A DNA stretch of 64,000 nucleotides from an uncultured Bacilli bacterium (GCA_934096535.1 CAKOMC010000001.1:1255-65254), one strand, 5' to 3'. Counted from the first letter of the stretch, positions 1-12,469 are shown. Notes: generated from the letters alone by a model not told the origin. Made by a program: numbers and translations.

Positions 1-2792
1 ATTGATTGAGCTGCCATAATACCAACAGCCTCACCTGTTTCAACCATATTACCAGTTGCAAGGTTACGACCATAACAATGTTGACATACACCGTTAACGG
101 TATTACAAGTTAGAACACTTCTAATCTTAACGCTCTTAATTCCAGCATTAATTATCTTATTAGCAAGAGTCTCAGTAATATATTGGTTTTTATCAACAAT
201 AACTTCTTTAGTTTCAGGATTAATTACTTTAGTTGCAGTATAACGACCAATAATTCTTTCAATTAATGGTTCAATCATTGTATTAGATCTTTCATCGATA
301 AAGTCTGTAACTTCAACACCATTAATAGTGCCACAGTCTTCTTCTTTAACAACAATATCTTGAGCAACATCAACTAAACGACGAGTTAAGTAACCTGAAT
401 CGGCAGTTCTTAGGGCAGTATCAACAATACCTTTACGACCACCTCTGGTTCCAATAAAGAACTCGGTTACATTACAGCCTTCAATTAAGTTGGACTTAAT
501 TGGGATTTCAATAGTTTCACCAGTAGGTTTAGCAATTAAACCACGCATACCAGCAAGTTGATTGAATTGGTTAGCCGAACCACGAGCACCAGAATTCATC
601 ATCATGAATATTGGATTCATAGTATTTTTCTTAGCAATAGTTTGTAATTCGTTAGAAATATCACTAGTTGCTTTAGCCCATAAAGCACAAACATTTTTAT
701 AACGTTCATCTTCGGTAATTAAACCCCTGGTGAACTCTTTATTAATTTTGTTAACTTTCTTTTGAGTTTCATCAATGATTTGTTGTTTATTATCAGATAC
801 AATAATATCATTCATGGAAATAGAAATACCAGCCACAGTTGAATATTTGAATCCTAAATCTTTTAGTTTATCTAACATAACTGATGTTTCCGTAGTCTTA
901 TAACGCTTAAAGACTTGGGCAATCAACTTACTTAATGTCTTCTTAACAAATGGTTCCGCAAGAGGCATCTTAGCAATTTCTGTTTTTAAATCTGTTCCCA
1001 TTGGTAAGAAATATTTATCAGGCGTAATACCGGTAATATTAGCATCACTTGGTTCGTTAACATATGGATAAGAATCTGGTAAAATTTCATTAAATTTAAT
1101 CTTACCAACAGTAGTAACTAAATACTTATCTTTTTGTTCATCAGTGAATAATTTATGAGTAAAACTGGCAACTGGAATAGCAATTCTAGTATGTAGAGAA
1201 ATATCTTTTCTTTCATAAGCCATTAGGGCTTCGTTGCAGTTCTTATAAGCTTTACCTTCATTTTCTAAACCAGCCTCTTCAATAGATAGATAGTAGTTAC
1301 CTAAAATCATATCTTGTGATGGAGTAACGATTGGTTTACCATCAGAAGGTTTTAAAATGTTATTAGCACCTAACATTAAGATTCTTGCTTCGGCTTTAGC
1401 CTCTTCAGATAATGGTACATGAACAGCCATTTGGTCGCCATCGAAATCGGCGTTAAATGCTGCACATACAAGTGGGTGCAAACGCATTGCTTTACCACCA
1501 ACTAATACTGGTTCAAAGGCTTGAATACCTAAACGGTGTAGGGTTGGAGCACGGTTTAACATTACTGGATGTTCAGTAATTACATCTTCAACAACATCCC
1601 AAACACATTCATCTTTGTTATCAATTAACTTTTTAGCTCCTTTAATATTATGAGCAAGTCCTCTTTCAACTAGACCATGAATAACATGGGGTTTAAATAG
1701 CTCTAAAGCCATATCTTTAGGAAGACCACATTGATACATCTTTAATGATGGACCAACAACGATAACAGAACGACCAGAATAATCAACGCGTTTACCTAAT
1801 AAGTTTTGACGGAAACGACCTTGTTTACCTTTTAACATACTAGATAATGATTTTAATGGACGATTACCAGCAGCAGTTACACTTCTACCATGACGACCAT
1901 TATCAAATAAGGAGTCAACAGCTTCTTGTAACATACGCTTTTCATTTTGAACAATGATAGTTGGTGCTCCTAATTCTAGTAATTTCTTTAAACGATTATT
2001 ACGGTTAATAATACGACGATATAAATCATTTAAATCACTAGTAGCAAAACGGCCACCATCTAATTGAATCATTGGGCGTAAATCTGGAGGAATAACAGGA
2101 AGAGCTGTTAGAATCATCCATTCAGGACGATTACCCGAATCTTTGAAGGCTACTAAACAATCAAGACGCTTAACTAAACGAATTCTCTTTTGACCAGTAG
2201 CACCATCTAATTCTTTTCTTAAATCTTCAATTTCTTTATCTAAATTTACTTCTTTTAATAAGGTTTGGATAGCCTCAGCCCCCATACCTACTTTAAAAGC
2301 ATTGCCATATTTTTCATAATATGCACGATATTCTTTATCAGATAAGGTTTGTTTCTTCTCTAATGGAACATTCCCTGGGTCTAAAACAACATAAGAAACA
2401 TAATATAATACTTCTTCTAAGTCTCTTGGTGACATATCAAGAACAAGACCCATTTTAGAAGGAACACCTTTAAAGAACCAAATGTGAGAGCAAGGAGCAG
2501 CAAGTTCAATATGTCCCATGCGTTCACGACGCACTTTACTTGATGTTACTTCTACTCCGCAACGATCACATATTACATTTTTATATCTTAAGCGTTTATA
2601 TTTACCACAAGCACACTCATAATCCTTAATTGGTCCAAAGATTTTTTCGCAGAATAAACCATCTCTTTCTGGTTTTTGCGTACGATAGTTAATAGTTTCT
2701 GGTTTTTTTACTTCACCATAAGACCACTCGCGGATTTTTTCAGGGGAGGCAATAGATACCTTGATACCTCTAAAATTATTTACATCCATCAT
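1..2792 (-). CDS. rpoC: DNA-directed RNA polymerase subunit beta' (partial; C-terminus lies beyond the window start)
   Basis: Minus-strand translation from ATGATG at 2787-2792 reads [54 protein letters not shown]...[12 protein letters not shown], the canonical beta' N-terminus with its zinc-binding region and the NADFDGDQM catalytic motif. It is open to position 1. The start overlaps the rpoB stop in an ATGA arrangement. Confidence 0.93.
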   Translation of the reverse strand, partial: MMDVNNFRGIKVSIASPEKIREWSYGEVKKPETINYRTQKPERDGLFCEKIFGPIKDYECACGKYKRLRYKNVICDRCGVEVTSSKVRRERMGHIELAAPCSHIWFFKGVPSKMGLVLDMSPRDLEEVLYYVSYVVLDPGNVPLEKKQTLSDKEYRAYYEKYGNAFKVGMGAEAIQTLLKEVNLDKEIEDLRKELDGATGQKRIRLVKRLDCLVAFKDSGNRPEWMILTALPVIPPDLRPMIQLDGGRFATSDLNDLYRRIINRNNRLKKLLELGAPTIIVQNEKRMLQEAVDSLFDNGRHGRSVTAAGNRPLKSLSSMLKGKQGRFRQNLLGKRVDYSGRSVIVVGPSLKMYQCGLPKDMALELFKPHVIHGLVERGLAHNIKGAKKLIDNKDECVWDVVEDVITEHPVMLNRAPTLHRLGIQAFEPVLVGGKAMRLHPLVCAAFNADFDGDQMAVHVPLSEEAKAEARILMLGANNILKPSDGKPIVTPSQDMILGNYYLSIEEAGLENEGKAYKNCNEALMAYERKDISLHTRIAIPVASFTHKLFTDEQKDKYLVTTVGKIKFNEILPDSYPYVNEPSDANITGITPDKYFLPMGTDLKTEIAKMPLAEPFVKKTLSKLIAQVFKRYKTTETSVMLDKLKDLGFKYSTVAGISISMNDIIVSDNKQQIIDETQKKVNKINKEFTRGLITEDERYKNVCALWAKATSDISNELQTIAKKNTMNPIFMMMNSGARGSANQFNQLAGMRGLIAKPTGETIEIPIKSNLIEGCNVTEFFIGTRGGRKGIVDTALRTADSGYLTRRLVDVAQDIVVKEEDCGTINGVEVTDFIDERSNTMIEPLIERIIGRYTATKVINPETKEVIVDKNQYITETLANKIINAGIKSVKIRSVLTCNTVNGVCQHCYGRNLATGNMVETGEAVGIMAAQS

Positions 2793-5700
2793 ATAATTTC
2801 ATCCTCCTCTTCTTCTAGAATATTTCCGTCTTCAGGAAATTCTAAATCATCCAAATCATCATCTTCGTCTTCTTCATCTTCTAAATAATCATCATCAGGT
2901 TCTTCTTTTTTTGATTCATTATTAGCATTCTCATTAACTTCATTTGTTAATTCTTTAATTTTTAAAGCATCAACTGGTTCATCATCAGTTTCCATTTCCT
3001 TTAAATCAACTAACTTATCGTTTTGATCTAAAATTTCAACATCTAAACCTAGAGCTTGGAATTCTTTAATTAATACTCTAAATGATTCTGGAATACCAGC
3101 TTCATCAATTGGTTTACCCTTAACTAATGATTCATAAACTTTAACACGACCCATAACATCATCGGCTTTAATAGTCATCATTTCTTGTAGGACATTTGCA
3201 GCACCATAAGCATATAGAGCCCAAACTTCCATTTCTCCGAATCTTTGACCACCAAATTGTGCTTTACCACCTAATGGTTGTTGAGTAACCATTGAGTAAG
3301 GTCCTGTACTTCTAGCATGAATCTTATCATCAACCATGTGATGAAGTTTTACCATATACATAACACCAACAGATACCCTATTTTCAAAGGCATCACCAGT
3401 ACGACCATCGTATAACACAGTCTTACCATCATGGGCAAGTCCAGCTTCTTCCATTTGTTCATAAATTTCATCTTGGCTTGCTCCATCAAATACTGGTGTA
3501 GCATATTTAACTCCTAAGTTTTTACCAGCCATACCTAAGTGTAATTCTAAAATTTGACCGATATTCATACGAGAAGGAACACCTTGTGGGTTTAAGACAA
3601 TATCCACTGGCGTACCATCTGGCATGTAAGGCATATCTTCTTCTGGTAAAATTAGAGAAATAACACCTTTATTACCATGACGACCAGACATCTTATCGCC
3701 GACTTGAATCTTACGCTTTTGAATAATATAAACACGAACTATTTTTGAAACACCAGCAGGTAGTTCATCAGAGTTTTCTTTAGTATAAACTTTAATATCA
3801 TGAACAATACCACCAGCACCGTGTTCTACTTTTAAAGAAGTATCTCTTACTTCACGAGTTTTTTCACCGAAAATTGCATGTAACAATTTTTCTTCAGCTG
3901 TTAATTCTTGAACACCTTTTGGTGTAACCTTACCTACTAAGATATCACCATCTTTAACTTCGGTACCAATACGAACAATACCATTGGCATCTAAGTTCTT
4001 ACGAGCATCTTCACCAACATTTGGAATATCTCTCGTAATTTCCTCAGGTCCTAATTTAGTATCACGACATTCAATATCATAGTGTTCAATATGTAGTGAT
4101 GTATAAACATCATCTTTAACTAATCTTTCATTTAAAACAACAGCATCTTCATAGTTATAACCATTACAAGTCATAAAGGCTACTAACATATTTTTACCTA
4201 ACGCAAGCTCACCATTTTTAGTTGATGGACCATCAGCAATAACTTCACCACGATGAACATTATCACCCTTCTTAACAATGGGATGATGATTAATAGTTGT
4301 AGCGGAGTTACTTCTTTCATAGTTGGCTAAATGATAAGTATCAGTGCCTTTAGCATTCTTAACAATAATTTTTTTACCATCAGCATAATCAACAACACCA
4401 TCAGCCTTAGCAATAATTGTTGAACCAGAATCTCTAGCGGCAATGTATTCAACACCAGTACCAACGATAGGAGATTCACAAGTTAATAGAGGAACAGCTT
4501 GGCGTTGCATGTTCGCACCCATTAAGGCTCTATGGGCATCATCATGTTCTAAGAATGGAATGCAACTTGTCGTAATTGATACAATTTGACTCGGTGCAAC
4601 ATCAATAAAGTCAACATCTTCACGCTTAACCATAACGGCTTCGCCATCTAAACGAGCAATTACTTTTTCATCTAAAATTTCATCACCATTCATATTAATA
4701 GCAGCCGATGCAATATTATAGTCTGCCTCTTCATCAGCAGTTAAATAAACGATTTCATCTGTTGCATGACAATTAACAACCCTACGATATGGAGTCATTA
4801 AAAATCCATATTCATTAATCTTAGCATAACTTGCTAAAGAAGTAATTAAACCGATATTTTGACCTTCTGGAGATTCGATTGGACAAATTCTACCATAGTG
4901 ACTTGAGTTAACATCACGAACATCCATACCAGCACGATCTCTGGCAAGTCCACCTGGCCCTAAAGAAGACAAACGCCTCTTATCAGTAAGTTCAGCAATT
5001 GGGTTAATTTGTTCCATGAATTTTGACAACTGAGAAGAGCCAAAGAATTCTTTTAAAGCTGCTGTAACAGGTCTAATATTAATTAATGTTTTTGGGGTAA
5101 TTGACTCAATTTCTTGGGTAGTCATACGCTCACGAATAACGCGTTCCATACGAGCCATACCAACATTGAATTGTTTTTGAACTAACTCCCCTACTTGTCT
5201 TACACGACGATTTGATAAGTTATCAATTTCATCATCGCGACCAATACCTTCTTGTAAGTCTAAGTAATAAGATACTGATGCATAAACATCTGAAATAGTT
5301 AAACGACGACTATCGATAGTTGGATCATTACCAATAATTTCAATAACTTTAGTTTCATCTTTCTTATTATAAACTTTAACTGTTTGAACTTTGTTATATT
5401 CGTCTAATTCTTCGTTAATCATTACTTCCTTAATGTTGTAACCATTACTAAATATTGGACGAACTTTTTCTAGAACATCTTTAGTTACTAAAGTACCAGT
5501 ACTAGCAACTACATTACCATTTTCATCTTTAATATCTTCAGCTAACGTGCAACCGATTAAACGATCTAAAACATTTAGTTTGCGATTTAATTTATAACGA
5601 CCTACTTTTGCCAAGTCATATCTAAATTTATCAAAGAATCTCGTAATTAACTGATTCTTAGCACTATCAAGAGTTGCTGGTTCACCTGGTCTTAATTTCT

Positions 5701-6418
5701 CATAAATTTCGATTAAGGCTTCATCAGTATTTTTAGTGCTATCTTTTTCAATTGAATTCTTAATGTAAGGATTTTCTCCAAAAAGTCCTAAAATATCTTC
5801 ATCACTTGAAAGACCTAATGCTCTTAAGAAAGTCGTAATAGGTACTTTTCTTGTACGATCAATACGAACATATAAAATATCTCTTGCATCAAGTTCATAT
5901 TCTAACCAAGTTCCGTGATTAGGAATTAACTCTGATGTAATAACACGGCGTCCGTTTTTATCTACTTCTTTTTTAAAGTAAATAGATGGGCTGCGGACTA
6001 ATTGCGATACGATAACTCTTTCAGCGCCATTGATAATAAATGTCCCAGCATCTGTCATCATAGGAATATCGCCTAAGAATATTTCTTGTTCCTTAACTTC
6101 GCCTGTTTCATGAATGAATACTCTTGCTAATACCTTTAATGGTGCTGCATAGTTTACCATGCGTTCTTTTGCTTCTTTAATTGAATATCTTGGCTTATCA
6201 AAATAATAATCACCAAGTTCTACCGTAATATTGCCAGTGAAGCTTTCTACAGGAAATAAATCATCAATAGATTCTTTAATACCTTCGTCTAAGAACCATT
6301 GATAAGATTTCTTTTGAATTTCTAGTAGATCTGTCAATTCTAAGGTGTTTTTAATTTTGCTGAAGGTGCGTCTTTCAGCATGATCTCCAAATTTTTTTGT
6401 CTTAAATGCCACTTGCAT
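2789..6418 (-). CDS. rpoB: DNA-directed RNA polymerase subunit beta, with an unusually acidic ~60-aa C-terminal tail
   Basis: The 1209-aa ORF reads [23 protein letters not shown]...[16 protein letters not shown] and matches conserved rpoB regions throughout. It sits directly upstream of rpoC. Confidence 0.97.
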   Translation of the reverse strand: MQVAFKTKKFGDHAERRTFSKIKNTLELTDLLEIQKKSYQWFLDEGIKESIDDLFPVESFTGNITVELGDYYFDKPRYSIKEAKERMVNYAAPLKVLARVFIHETGEVKEQEIFLGDIPMMTDAGTFIINGAERVIVSQLVRSPSIYFKKEVDKNGRRVITSELIPNHGTWLEYELDARDILYVRIDRTRKVPITTFLRALGLSSDEDILGLFGENPYIKNSIEKDSTKNTDEALIEIYEKLRPGEPATLDSAKNQLITRFFDKFRYDLAKVGRYKLNRKLNVLDRLIGCTLAEDIKDENGNVVASTGTLVTKDVLEKVRPIFSNGYNIKEVMINEELDEYNKVQTVKVYNKKDETKVIEIIGNDPTIDSRRLTISDVYASVSYYLDLQEGIGRDDEIDNLSNRRVRQVGELVQKQFNVGMARMERVIRERMTTQEIESITPKTLINIRPVTAALKEFFGSSQLSKFMEQINPIAELTDKRRLSSLGPGGLARDRAGMDVRDVNSSHYGRICPIESPEGQNIGLITSLASYAKINEYGFLMTPYRRVVNCHATDEIVYLTADEEADYNIASAAINMNGDEILDEKVIARLDGEAVMVKREDVDFIDVAPSQIVSITTSCIPFLEHDDAHRALMGANMQRQAVPLLTCESPIVGTGVEYIAARDSGSTIIAKADGVVDYADGKKIIVKNAKGTDTYHLANYERSNSATTINHHPIVKKGDNVHRGEVIADGPSTKNGELALGKNMLVAFMTCNGYNYEDAVVLNERLVKDDVYTSLHIEHYDIECRDTKLGPEEITRDIPNVGEDARKNLDANGIVRIGTEVKDGDILVGKVTPKGVQELTAEEKLLHAIFGEKTREVRDTSLKVEHGAGGIVHDIKVYTKENSDELPAGVSKIVRVYIIQKRKIQVGDKMSGRHGNKGVISLILPEEDMPYMPDGTPVDIVLNPQGVPSRMNIGQILELHLGMAGKNLGVKYATPVFDGASQDEIYEQMEEAGLAHDGKTVLYDGRTGDAFENRVSVGVMYMVKLHHMVDDKIHARSTGPYSMVTQQPLGGKAQFGGQRFGEMEVWALYAYGAANVLQEMMTIKADDVMGRVKVYESLVKGKPIDEAGIPESFRVLIKEFQALGLDVEILDQNDKLVDLKEMETDDEPVDALKIKELTNEVNENANNESKKEEPDDDYLEDEEDEDDDLDDLEFPEDGNILEEEEDEII

Positions 6419-6485
6419 TCACCCCTATACCTAATATTTTTTGAGTACCTTTTAAATACGTCAACAATTTTCGATTTTATAAAAT

Positions 6486-7124
6486 TTATCTAGTCTTGTC
6501 AACATTTTTAGCCTTAATTACATAAAAACCCTTGCACTTTTCAACTAGATTTACATCATAGTCGGGTTTTAGTAGATTAATTATACTCTTGGCTCCTTGA
6601 TCTTTTCTTATAACAAACCACAATTCGCCATCATCATTTAAATGTTTTAACGAATCAAGTAGTATCTTTTCCACTACTACTTTCCCTGCCCTTATAGGAG
6701 GATTTGTTACAATCAAATCATAATTTTTATCGATACTACTTAAAGCATCGCTATAAAAGGCTTTTGCATCCACCTTATTGTTCTTAATATTCATATTGGC
6801 TAAATGAATTGCACGGTTATTAACATCAACCATATCAAATTTACTGTTAAGTAATTTAGAAAGGCTAATGCCAATAAAACCGTAACCACATCCAACATCT
6901 AAAGCGTTAATGTTTTTTTTATCATAATTTTTAAGAAGAACTTTAACTAGATTTAGACTGCCAAAATCTATTTTATCCTTAGAGAAAACGCCATTATCAG
7001 AGGTAAATAAAAAAGGAACATTATTTACTTCATAACTTATTGTGCGTAATTCACTTTTTAAGTTTTCGTTATTTGTAAAATAATGTTCCAACTTTATCAC
7101 CATTCCCGTTTCCCCATAAGGCAA
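6486..7124 (-). CDS. class I SAM-dependent rRNA methyltransferase (RsmC/YbxB-like)
   Basis: Motif I is VGCGYGFIGISL and motif IV is VTNPPI (the NPPF/I type). The 212-aa size and position immediately upstream of rpoB match the ybxB-rpoB-rpoC arrangement of Firmicutes. Confidence 0.75.
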   Translation of the reverse strand: MPYGETGMVIKLEHYFTNNENLKSELRTISYEVNNVPFLFTSDNGVFSKDKIDFGSLNLVKVLLKNYDKKNINALDVGCGYGFIGISLSKLLNSKFDMVDVNNRAIHLANMNIKNNKVDAKAFYSDALSSIDKNYDLIVTNPPIRAGKVVVEKILLDSLKHLNDDGELWFVIRKDQGAKSIINLLKPDYDVNLVEKCKGFYVIKAKNVDKTR

Positions 7125-7170
7125 ATATATCTAAATTATAGTCTATTTAGAAAAAAAATGCAAGTTCTTA

Positions 7171-7200
7171 TTGACAAAAAATGAAAAGTTTTGCTATAAT
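7171..7200 (+). promoter_or_regulatory. consensus sigma-A promoter for tRNA-Met
   Basis: TTGACA at 7171-7176, an 18-nt spacer, then TATAAT at 7195-7200. The tRNA 5' end at 7222 is about 21 nt downstream. Confidence 0.6.
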
Positions 7201-7221
7201 TAAAAAGTGTCAGGAAAAAAT

Positions 7222-7298
7222 GGCGATGTAGCTCAGTTGGCTAGAGCATCCGGTTCATACCCGGCAGGTCGAGAGTTCGAATCTCCCCGTCGCTACCA
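7222..7298 (+). tRNA. tRNA-Met (CAT), elongator type
   Basis: A cloverleaf folds by hand: acceptor GGCGATG/CGTCGCT, D-arm GCTC-AGTTGGCTA-GAGC, anticodon loop TTCATAC, T-loop TTCGAAT and an encoded CCA. The fold is close to the Bacillus elongator tRNA-Met, which has the same ...GGTTCATACCC...GCTACCA pattern. An Ile2(CAT) identity cannot be excluded without checking lysidine determinants. Confidence 0.8.
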
Positions 7299-7309
7299 TT
7301 TGATTATTA

Positions 7310-7333
7310 CTAGGTTTCAGCCTAGTTTTTTTA
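7310..7333 (+). terminator. weak rho-independent terminator after tRNA-Met
   Basis: A CTAGG-tttcag-CCTAG hairpin is followed by TTTTTTTA. Confidence 0.4.
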
Positions 7334-7658
7334 TATCTTCTTATTTTAAAAGCCTCTTGATATTCTCTGAGTTTTCTTCAATCTTCTTTTATATTTTAAA
7401 ATTTTTTACATTTATCCCCTCTTTTCTGTCTTATAAGTCTTAATATACTTTGACCTTTTTTACATTTTAATTATTTTTATTTTAATACATTTTGACATTT
7501 GTATATGTTTTTTTCTAATTTTCTAAAAATCGATATAATTATAAAAACAAAGCTTATTACCTAAAGAAAAACTAAATAAGATTATTTAGCATACTAAAAG
7601 CTATTTTCTCTTATTTAGTTTTTTTGTGTGATTAATATTATTAAAAATTATTTAAGAA

Positions 7659-9254
7659 TTACTTTTCTAACGGTTTAAATTTATTCATTATGGCTTCACT
7701 TACCTTAAGACCATCGATAGCAGCACTAGTAATACCACCAGCATACCCAGCTCCTTCACCACTTGGATAAAGCCCTTCAATATTGGACTCATAGTTTTCA
7801 TTTCTAATTATTCTAATTGGACTCGAAGTTCGAGCCTCAATTCCACAAAGGAGGGCCTCTTTATCAGCAAAGCCTTTTATTTTTCTATCAAAATTTTCTA
7901 TTCCTTCTTTTAAAGCTATGTTCAAATTATTTGGCAGCAACTCATTTAAATTGGCTATTCTGTAACCGCCTTTTATTTTGGGTTCTAATTTTCCAATATT
8001 CTTGGGCTTTTTATTATCTTTATAATCACCATAAGTCTCAGTAGGAATTAAACCGTTCCCCAACTGATAAGCTTTTTCTTCTAAATTTCTTTGAAACTTA
8101 ATGCCCGCAAACAAATTATTTCCATAATCATTTTCATTAACCGTTACAATTAAAGCACTATTAGCAATCCCACTATCTCTTTTCGAATAGCTCATACCAT
8201 TAATACACAATTTATTGGCCTCACTTGAGGCATTAACCACATAACCACCGGGGCACATGCAAAAACTATAAACGCCCTTACCATTACTGGCTTTAAAAGT
8301 TAATTTATAAGAAGCTACGGGTAATCTATCATCTAGAAGACCATACTGATTTTTATCAATTAAACTTTGTGGGTGCATAATTCTAATACCAACCGCAAAT
8401 GGTTTATTTTGCATAGCAACACCTTTAGCATTTAAGAGATAAAATGTATCCCTAGCTGAATGGCCTATCGCTAAAAGGACTGCTGAACAAGGCAAAGTTT
8501 CTTTACCATTTAAAACCACACTTTCTAATTTATTGTCTTTAATATTTAAATCGGTAAGTTTAGTTTCAAATAAAAATTTGCCACCAAGTCTTTCAATACT
8601 TTTACGCATATTAATAATAACTTCTCTTAAAACATCCGTCCCAATATGAGGTTTATTAACATAAGTTATTTCTTTATTAGCGCCAAAAGAAGCAAAAGTC
8701 TCCATCACATACTGGTATCTTCCAACTTTATCATTTACTAAGGTATTAAGTTTACCATCAGAAAAAGTCCCGGCACCACCTTCGCCAAATTGAATATTAC
8801 ATTCCGTATCTAGTTCGTTAGTTTGCCAAAACTTCTCTACTTTAGTAACTCTTTTTGCGATTTCACAACCGCGTTCAACTATAATAACCGGATAACCATT
8901 TCTAACTAAGTTTAAACTAGCAAATAAACCTGCCGGACCACTACCTACAGCAATAATAGGCTTTTTTAAAGGTATAATTCCTTGAGGTCTAAATTCATAT
9001 TTAACATCTTCGCCCATGACGATATCTTTATTATTTGCTCCTAATAATTTTTCTTCTAAATTTTTATCTAGTTCACACAAGACTTCATAAACATAATATA
9101 CATCAGGCTTTTTCCTGGCATCAATTGATTTTTTTACAATTTTATAATTTAAATTATAATTCTTTGGCAATTTTAATTTTTTTAAAATACTTAATTTTAG
9201 ATTAGCAGCACTATCTATATCATATTTTAGTTTTATCTCTCTTATTCTTAGCAT
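7659..9254 (-). CDS. FAD-dependent oxidoreductase (COG2509-type NAD(FAD)-utilizing dehydrogenase)
   Basis: A 531-aa ORF with the dinucleotide-binding motif IIAVGSGPAGLFASLNL and a long C-terminal domain typical of the family. Confidence 0.7.
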   Translation of the reverse strand: MLRIREIKLKYDIDSAANLKLSILKKLKLPKNYNLNYKIVKKSIDARKKPDVYYVYEVLCELDKNLEEKLLGANNKDIVMGEDVKYEFRPQGIIPLKKPIIAVGSGPAGLFASLNLVRNGYPVIIVERGCEIAKRVTKVEKFWQTNELDTECNIQFGEGGAGTFSDGKLNTLVNDKVGRYQYVMETFASFGANKEITYVNKPHIGTDVLREVIINMRKSIERLGGKFLFETKLTDLNIKDNKLESVVLNGKETLPCSAVLLAIGHSARDTFYLLNAKGVAMQNKPFAVGIRIMHPQSLIDKNQYGLLDDRLPVASYKLTFKASNGKGVYSFCMCPGGYVVNASSEANKLCINGMSYSKRDSGIANSALIVTVNENDYGNNLFAGIKFQRNLEEKAYQLGNGLIPTETYGDYKDNKKPKNIGKLEPKIKGGYRIANLNELLPNNLNIALKEGIENFDRKIKGFADKEALLCGIEARTSSPIRIIRNENYESNIEGLYPSGEGAGYAGGITSAAIDGLKVSEAIMNKFKPLEK

Positions 9255-10447
9255 ATATCCTCACTTACTACAATACTTGATAGCCAAGCAAAGCCTAAGT
9301 TAAAGCCCCCACAAATACCATCAACATCCAAAATCTCTCCTGTATAATAAAGTCCAGCATATTCTTTATCTTCTAAAGTAGTCTTTACTCTATTAATAGG
9401 AATACCGCCAGTAACAACTTGTCCTTTAAATATCTCTTTGGTTTCTCTAATTTCTAAAGTTAAATCACTTAAGTTATTAATTAAATCATTTTTTTCTTTC
9501 TTAGTTAAACTTTTATAATGACAATTACTCTTTATACCAGCCTTACTAACTAAAATATAAAGTAGTTTATAAGGAATAATACTTTCTAATAGTTCAATAA
9601 CGGTTCTTTGATACAGGGTATTATCTCGTAAAGTCAACCATTTATCGATATTTTCTTTTTCTATATTAGGTAAAAAATTTAGATGAATTTTAACTTTTTG
9701 CTTTTGGTATAAAGCTTTACTTACAAGCGAACTTAAGTTCATAACGCAAATACCACTGATACCATAATCAGTTAGTTGAACTTCACCTAAATCACTTTTA
9801 AGAAATTTATCATTTTCATAGATACTTACTCTTGCTTCTGCTCTTATACCGGACCATTTATTAAAGAAATCACCATTTAAAACTAGAGGACATAAAGCCG
9901 GCAAAATTGGCGTCATTTTAATTCCTAGTGAATTTAGTAATTCATAATTAGCATTTTCTTTTAAACCGGCCTTACTTCCTATTGCAATAATTATCTTATC
10001 GAAAAGCATTTTCTTACCATTTACCATAATTTGATATTTATTTTCTTTTCTTTTAATATTATTAATCTCACTATCTAAGATAGTCTTAATTTTTAGACGC
10101 TCAATTTCTGTTAAAAAAGCATTTAATACGGAAGTTGCCATATTACTCATTGGATAATAATAACCATTTTTGATTCTAGGTACTAAACCAAGGCTATTTA
10201 AAAATTCTTTAACTTTTAAAATATTTTCTTCATTGACAATCGTTTTTAAAAATTCATAATCACTTGTATAATATTTATCTACACCTATATCTTGATTAAA
10301 ATAATTACAACGACCATTACCAGTCATCAAAATTTTTTTACCCAAAGTACTATTTTTTTCTAAAATAGTTACATCAAATCCCTCTCTATTTAAAAGAATA
10401 GCACTCATCATTCCAGAGGCGCCACCACCAATAATACCAACTTTCAT
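9248..10447 (-). CDS. HI0933/YhiN-like flavoprotein (aminoacetone oxidase family FAD-binding enzyme)
   Basis: The N-terminus MKVGIIGGGASGMMSAILL is a Rossmann GxGxxG motif. Size is 399 aa. It overlaps the upstream oxidoreductase gene by 7 nt. Confidence 0.7.
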   Translation of the reverse strand: MKVGIIGGGASGMMSAILLNREGFDVTILEKNSTLGKKILMTGNGRCNYFNQDIGVDKYYTSDYEFLKTIVNEENILKVKEFLNSLGLVPRIKNGYYYPMSNMATSVLNAFLTEIERLKIKTILDSEINNIKRKENKYQIMVNGKKMLFDKIIIAIGSKAGLKENANYELLNSLGIKMTPILPALCPLVLNGDFFNKWSGIRAEARVSIYENDKFLKSDLGEVQLTDYGISGICVMNLSSLVSKALYQKQKVKIHLNFLPNIEKENIDKWLTLRDNTLYQRTVIELLESIIPYKLLYILVSKAGIKSNCHYKSLTKKEKNDLINNLSDLTLEIRETKEIFKGQVVTGGIPINRVKTTLEDKEYAGLYYTGEILDVDGICGGFNLGFAWLSSIVVSEDIC

Positions 10448-10683
10448 ATTTTAATTCCTTTCCAAGTTTTATAAGATATGTAATCTTGCATTTCTAATAA
10501 TATCTAATAACTATATCTAATTTTTTTCTTTTCTAATCTTACTTTAACGATATCACCGAAATAAAATTATTTTATGTTATTTAATTTTTACAAGTAGCAA
10601 AATATTAAATTGCACTACTTTCCTCTGTTTCGATTATATCATAGCCTTAATTATTTATATATTAAAACATTAGAATAAACAAA

Positions 10684-10710
10684 AAAAGTTCCTATTACAG
10701 AACTTTAATA
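10684..10710 (-). terminator. rho-independent terminator downstream of tRNA-Ala
   Basis: On the minus strand an AGTTCTGTAATAGGAACT hairpin is followed by a run of 7 T (plus-strand text aaaaaaagttcctattacagaact). Confidence 0.6.
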
Positions 10711-10717
10711 ATCTAAC

Positions 10718-10793
10718 TGGTGGAGGATAAGGGATTCGAACCCTTGACCCCCTGCGTGCAGGGCAGGTGCTCTAGCCAGCTGAGCTAATCCCC
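10718..10793 (-). tRNA. tRNA-Ala (TGC)
   Basis: The reverse complement reads GGGGGATTAGCTCAGCTGGCTAGAGCACCTGCCCTGCACGCAGGGGGTCAAGGGTTCGAATCCCTTATCCTCCACCA. The anticodon loop is CCTGCAC (TGC), the G3:U70 Ala identity pair is present and CCA is encoded. Confidence 0.93.
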
Positions 10794-10914
10794 CAGTCGT
10801 CAACAACAAATTAATCTTATCATAGAGATATTATTTTTGCAAGTAAAAAATAACTTTTTTTGTCAATTTTTTTACTTTTGTATAAAATTATATCTTTTTA
10901 TATGCTAGATGGTT

Positions 10915-11241
10915 TTATTGTAGTTCAATTTTTATAATCTGACGCATATCCAAAACCTTGCCATTTTCTAAATAAATCTTTTTTAAGGAATTATCTATCA
11001 TTTTTATCTTATCTATTATTTGATAAAACTTCGGATAACGGTAAAAAGTTAGAAGCACGACACTGCCTCGTGCGTATGCACATTTTAGCGTCTCTTCTAA
11101 CTCATTATATTGGTCAATTGACAATTCCGGCATTTTAGGATAATTTCTTTTATTAACCAGTTCATTTTTTACCTCTTTAGTTTTATATAAAGATTCAAAA
11201 GCTTGCCATTTAATTTGTCCACGATTACGCACTATGACCAC
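10915..11241 (-). CDS. YolD-like protein (partner of Y-family polymerase)
   Basis: A 108-aa ORF overlaps the 3' end of the polymerase gene. Its size and synteny match the YolD/YqjX family that accompanies UmuC-like polymerases in Firmicutes. Confidence 0.6.
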   Translation of the reverse strand: MVIVRNRGQIKWQAFESLYKTKEVKNELVNKRNYPKMPELSIDQYNELEETLKCAYARGSVVLLTFYRYPKFYQIIDKIKMIDNSLKKIYLENGKVLDMRQIIKIELQ

Positions 11242-12469
11242 CTATTTTACCATTTCTGTCGATGGCAGTTGAATCTGAAAGTAAGTTCGATGCTTTAATA
11301 ATACTATTATTACCATATTTTTCTTTAATTTTATCTACAGTCTCATTTAGTTTTTTATTATCTTCCACAACCTCAACATTGTTAAACAAATTGAGCTGTA
11401 AGGAAGTATCACTAGTAAGACTGCCGGCTGCAATACTTACTTTTCTAATTGGCATACCATTATAAAATTTATCAAAAATATTGGTACAAACAAAGAAAAA
11501 TTCATCTTCATCACTTGTTGGATTTACCTTTACGGTATGGTAAAATCCTCCACCGACATCTATACTATACCCAATTTCAAGGCCAATTATACCTGCATTT
11601 TTCTTATTTTTCCGTAAACGCCTACAAACGACTTCGATAGTCTCACGGATAATTATTTTAATATTATTACCATCATAATCTTTAAATAATACTTGACTAT
11701 TAGAATAACTAGAGCTTTTAGGAGGCATTTTAAAATCACTTATAACCGATTCATCAATTCCATTGGCATGTTCCCACAGCTCTTCACCAATGACACCAAA
11801 TTTTTTCTTTAAAAGTTTTTTATCATATCTAGCAATATCACCAATATAATATAATCCTATAGCATTAAGACGAGCTTCCATTCTAGAGCCAATCGACCAC
11901 ATTTTTGATAAAGGCGTTATCGGCCACAATTTTGTTGGAATATCATCATAAGTCCACTTCGCTATCCCATCTTTATATTTCTTAGCCTCAACATCCATGG
12001 CAACTTTAGCTAGTAACATATTTGGTCCTATCCCACAATTGGCTGTAAGGCCGGTCTTTTCTGTTATAGTTTCTAATATCTTTTTGGCTAAATCACGGTC
12101 TGACATCTGATACATTTTTAAATAATTTGTTACATCTAGAAAACACTCATCAATCGAATATATATGCAAATCTTCTTCACTGACAAAATCTAAATATATA
12201 TCAACAACTTCTTTACTTTTCTTAATATATAAACTCATTCGAGGTGGCACAATTTCATATTTCACCCATGGGGGAATCTCATAAAGACGCGTTCGAGATT
12301 TAATACCTTTACTTTTTAAATAGGGAGTAATAGCCAAAGTAATAGCGCCCTTCCCTTGCTTGGGGTTAGCTACTACTAATGGGGTAGTAAAAGGATTAAT
12401 ATTTCTTTCTACGCATTCACATGATGCAAAAAAGCTTTTTAAATCAATGCACATAATATGTCTTTCCAT
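11225..12469 (-). CDS. Y-family DNA polymerase (DinB/UmuC/ImpB-like translesion polymerase)
   Basis: The N-terminus (MERHI)MCIDLKSFFASCECVERN is the Y-family motif (IDxxxFFASVE). The palm, thumb and little-finger regions follow over ~410 aa. The real start is probably the internal Met at about 12454. Confidence 0.85.
   Translation of the reverse strand: MERHIMCIDLKSFFASCECVERNINPFTTPLVVANPKQGKGAITLAITPYLKSKGIKSRTRLYEIPPWVKYEIVPPRMSLYIKKSKEVVDIYLDFVSEEDLHIYSIDECFLDVTNYLKMYQMSDRDLAKKILETITEKTGLTANCGIGPNMLLAKVAMDVEAKKYKDGIAKWTYDDIPTKLWPITPLSKMWSIGSRMEARLNAIGLYYIGDIARYDKKLLKKKFGVIGEELWEHANGIDESVISDFKMPPKSSSYSNSQVLFKDYDGNNIKIIIRETIEVVCRRLRKNKKNAGIIGLEIGYSIDVGGGFYHTVKVNPTSDEDEFFFVCTNIFDKFYNGMPIRKVSIAAGSLTSDTSLQLNLFNNVEVVEDNKKLNETVDKIKEKYGNNSIIKASNLLSDSTAIDRNGKIGGHSA

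Noticed and set aside
2676-2888. 70-aa plus-strand ORF rich in Ser/Lys
   Set aside because: It is antisense to the rpoC start, the rpoB/rpoC junction and the acidic tail of rpoB (GAA/GAT repeats read on the other strand). It is spurious.
7207-7443. 78-aa ORF on the plus strand
   Set aside because: It completely overlaps tRNA-Met and its terminator. It is a low-complexity translation of tRNA plus AT-rich spacer and is spurious.
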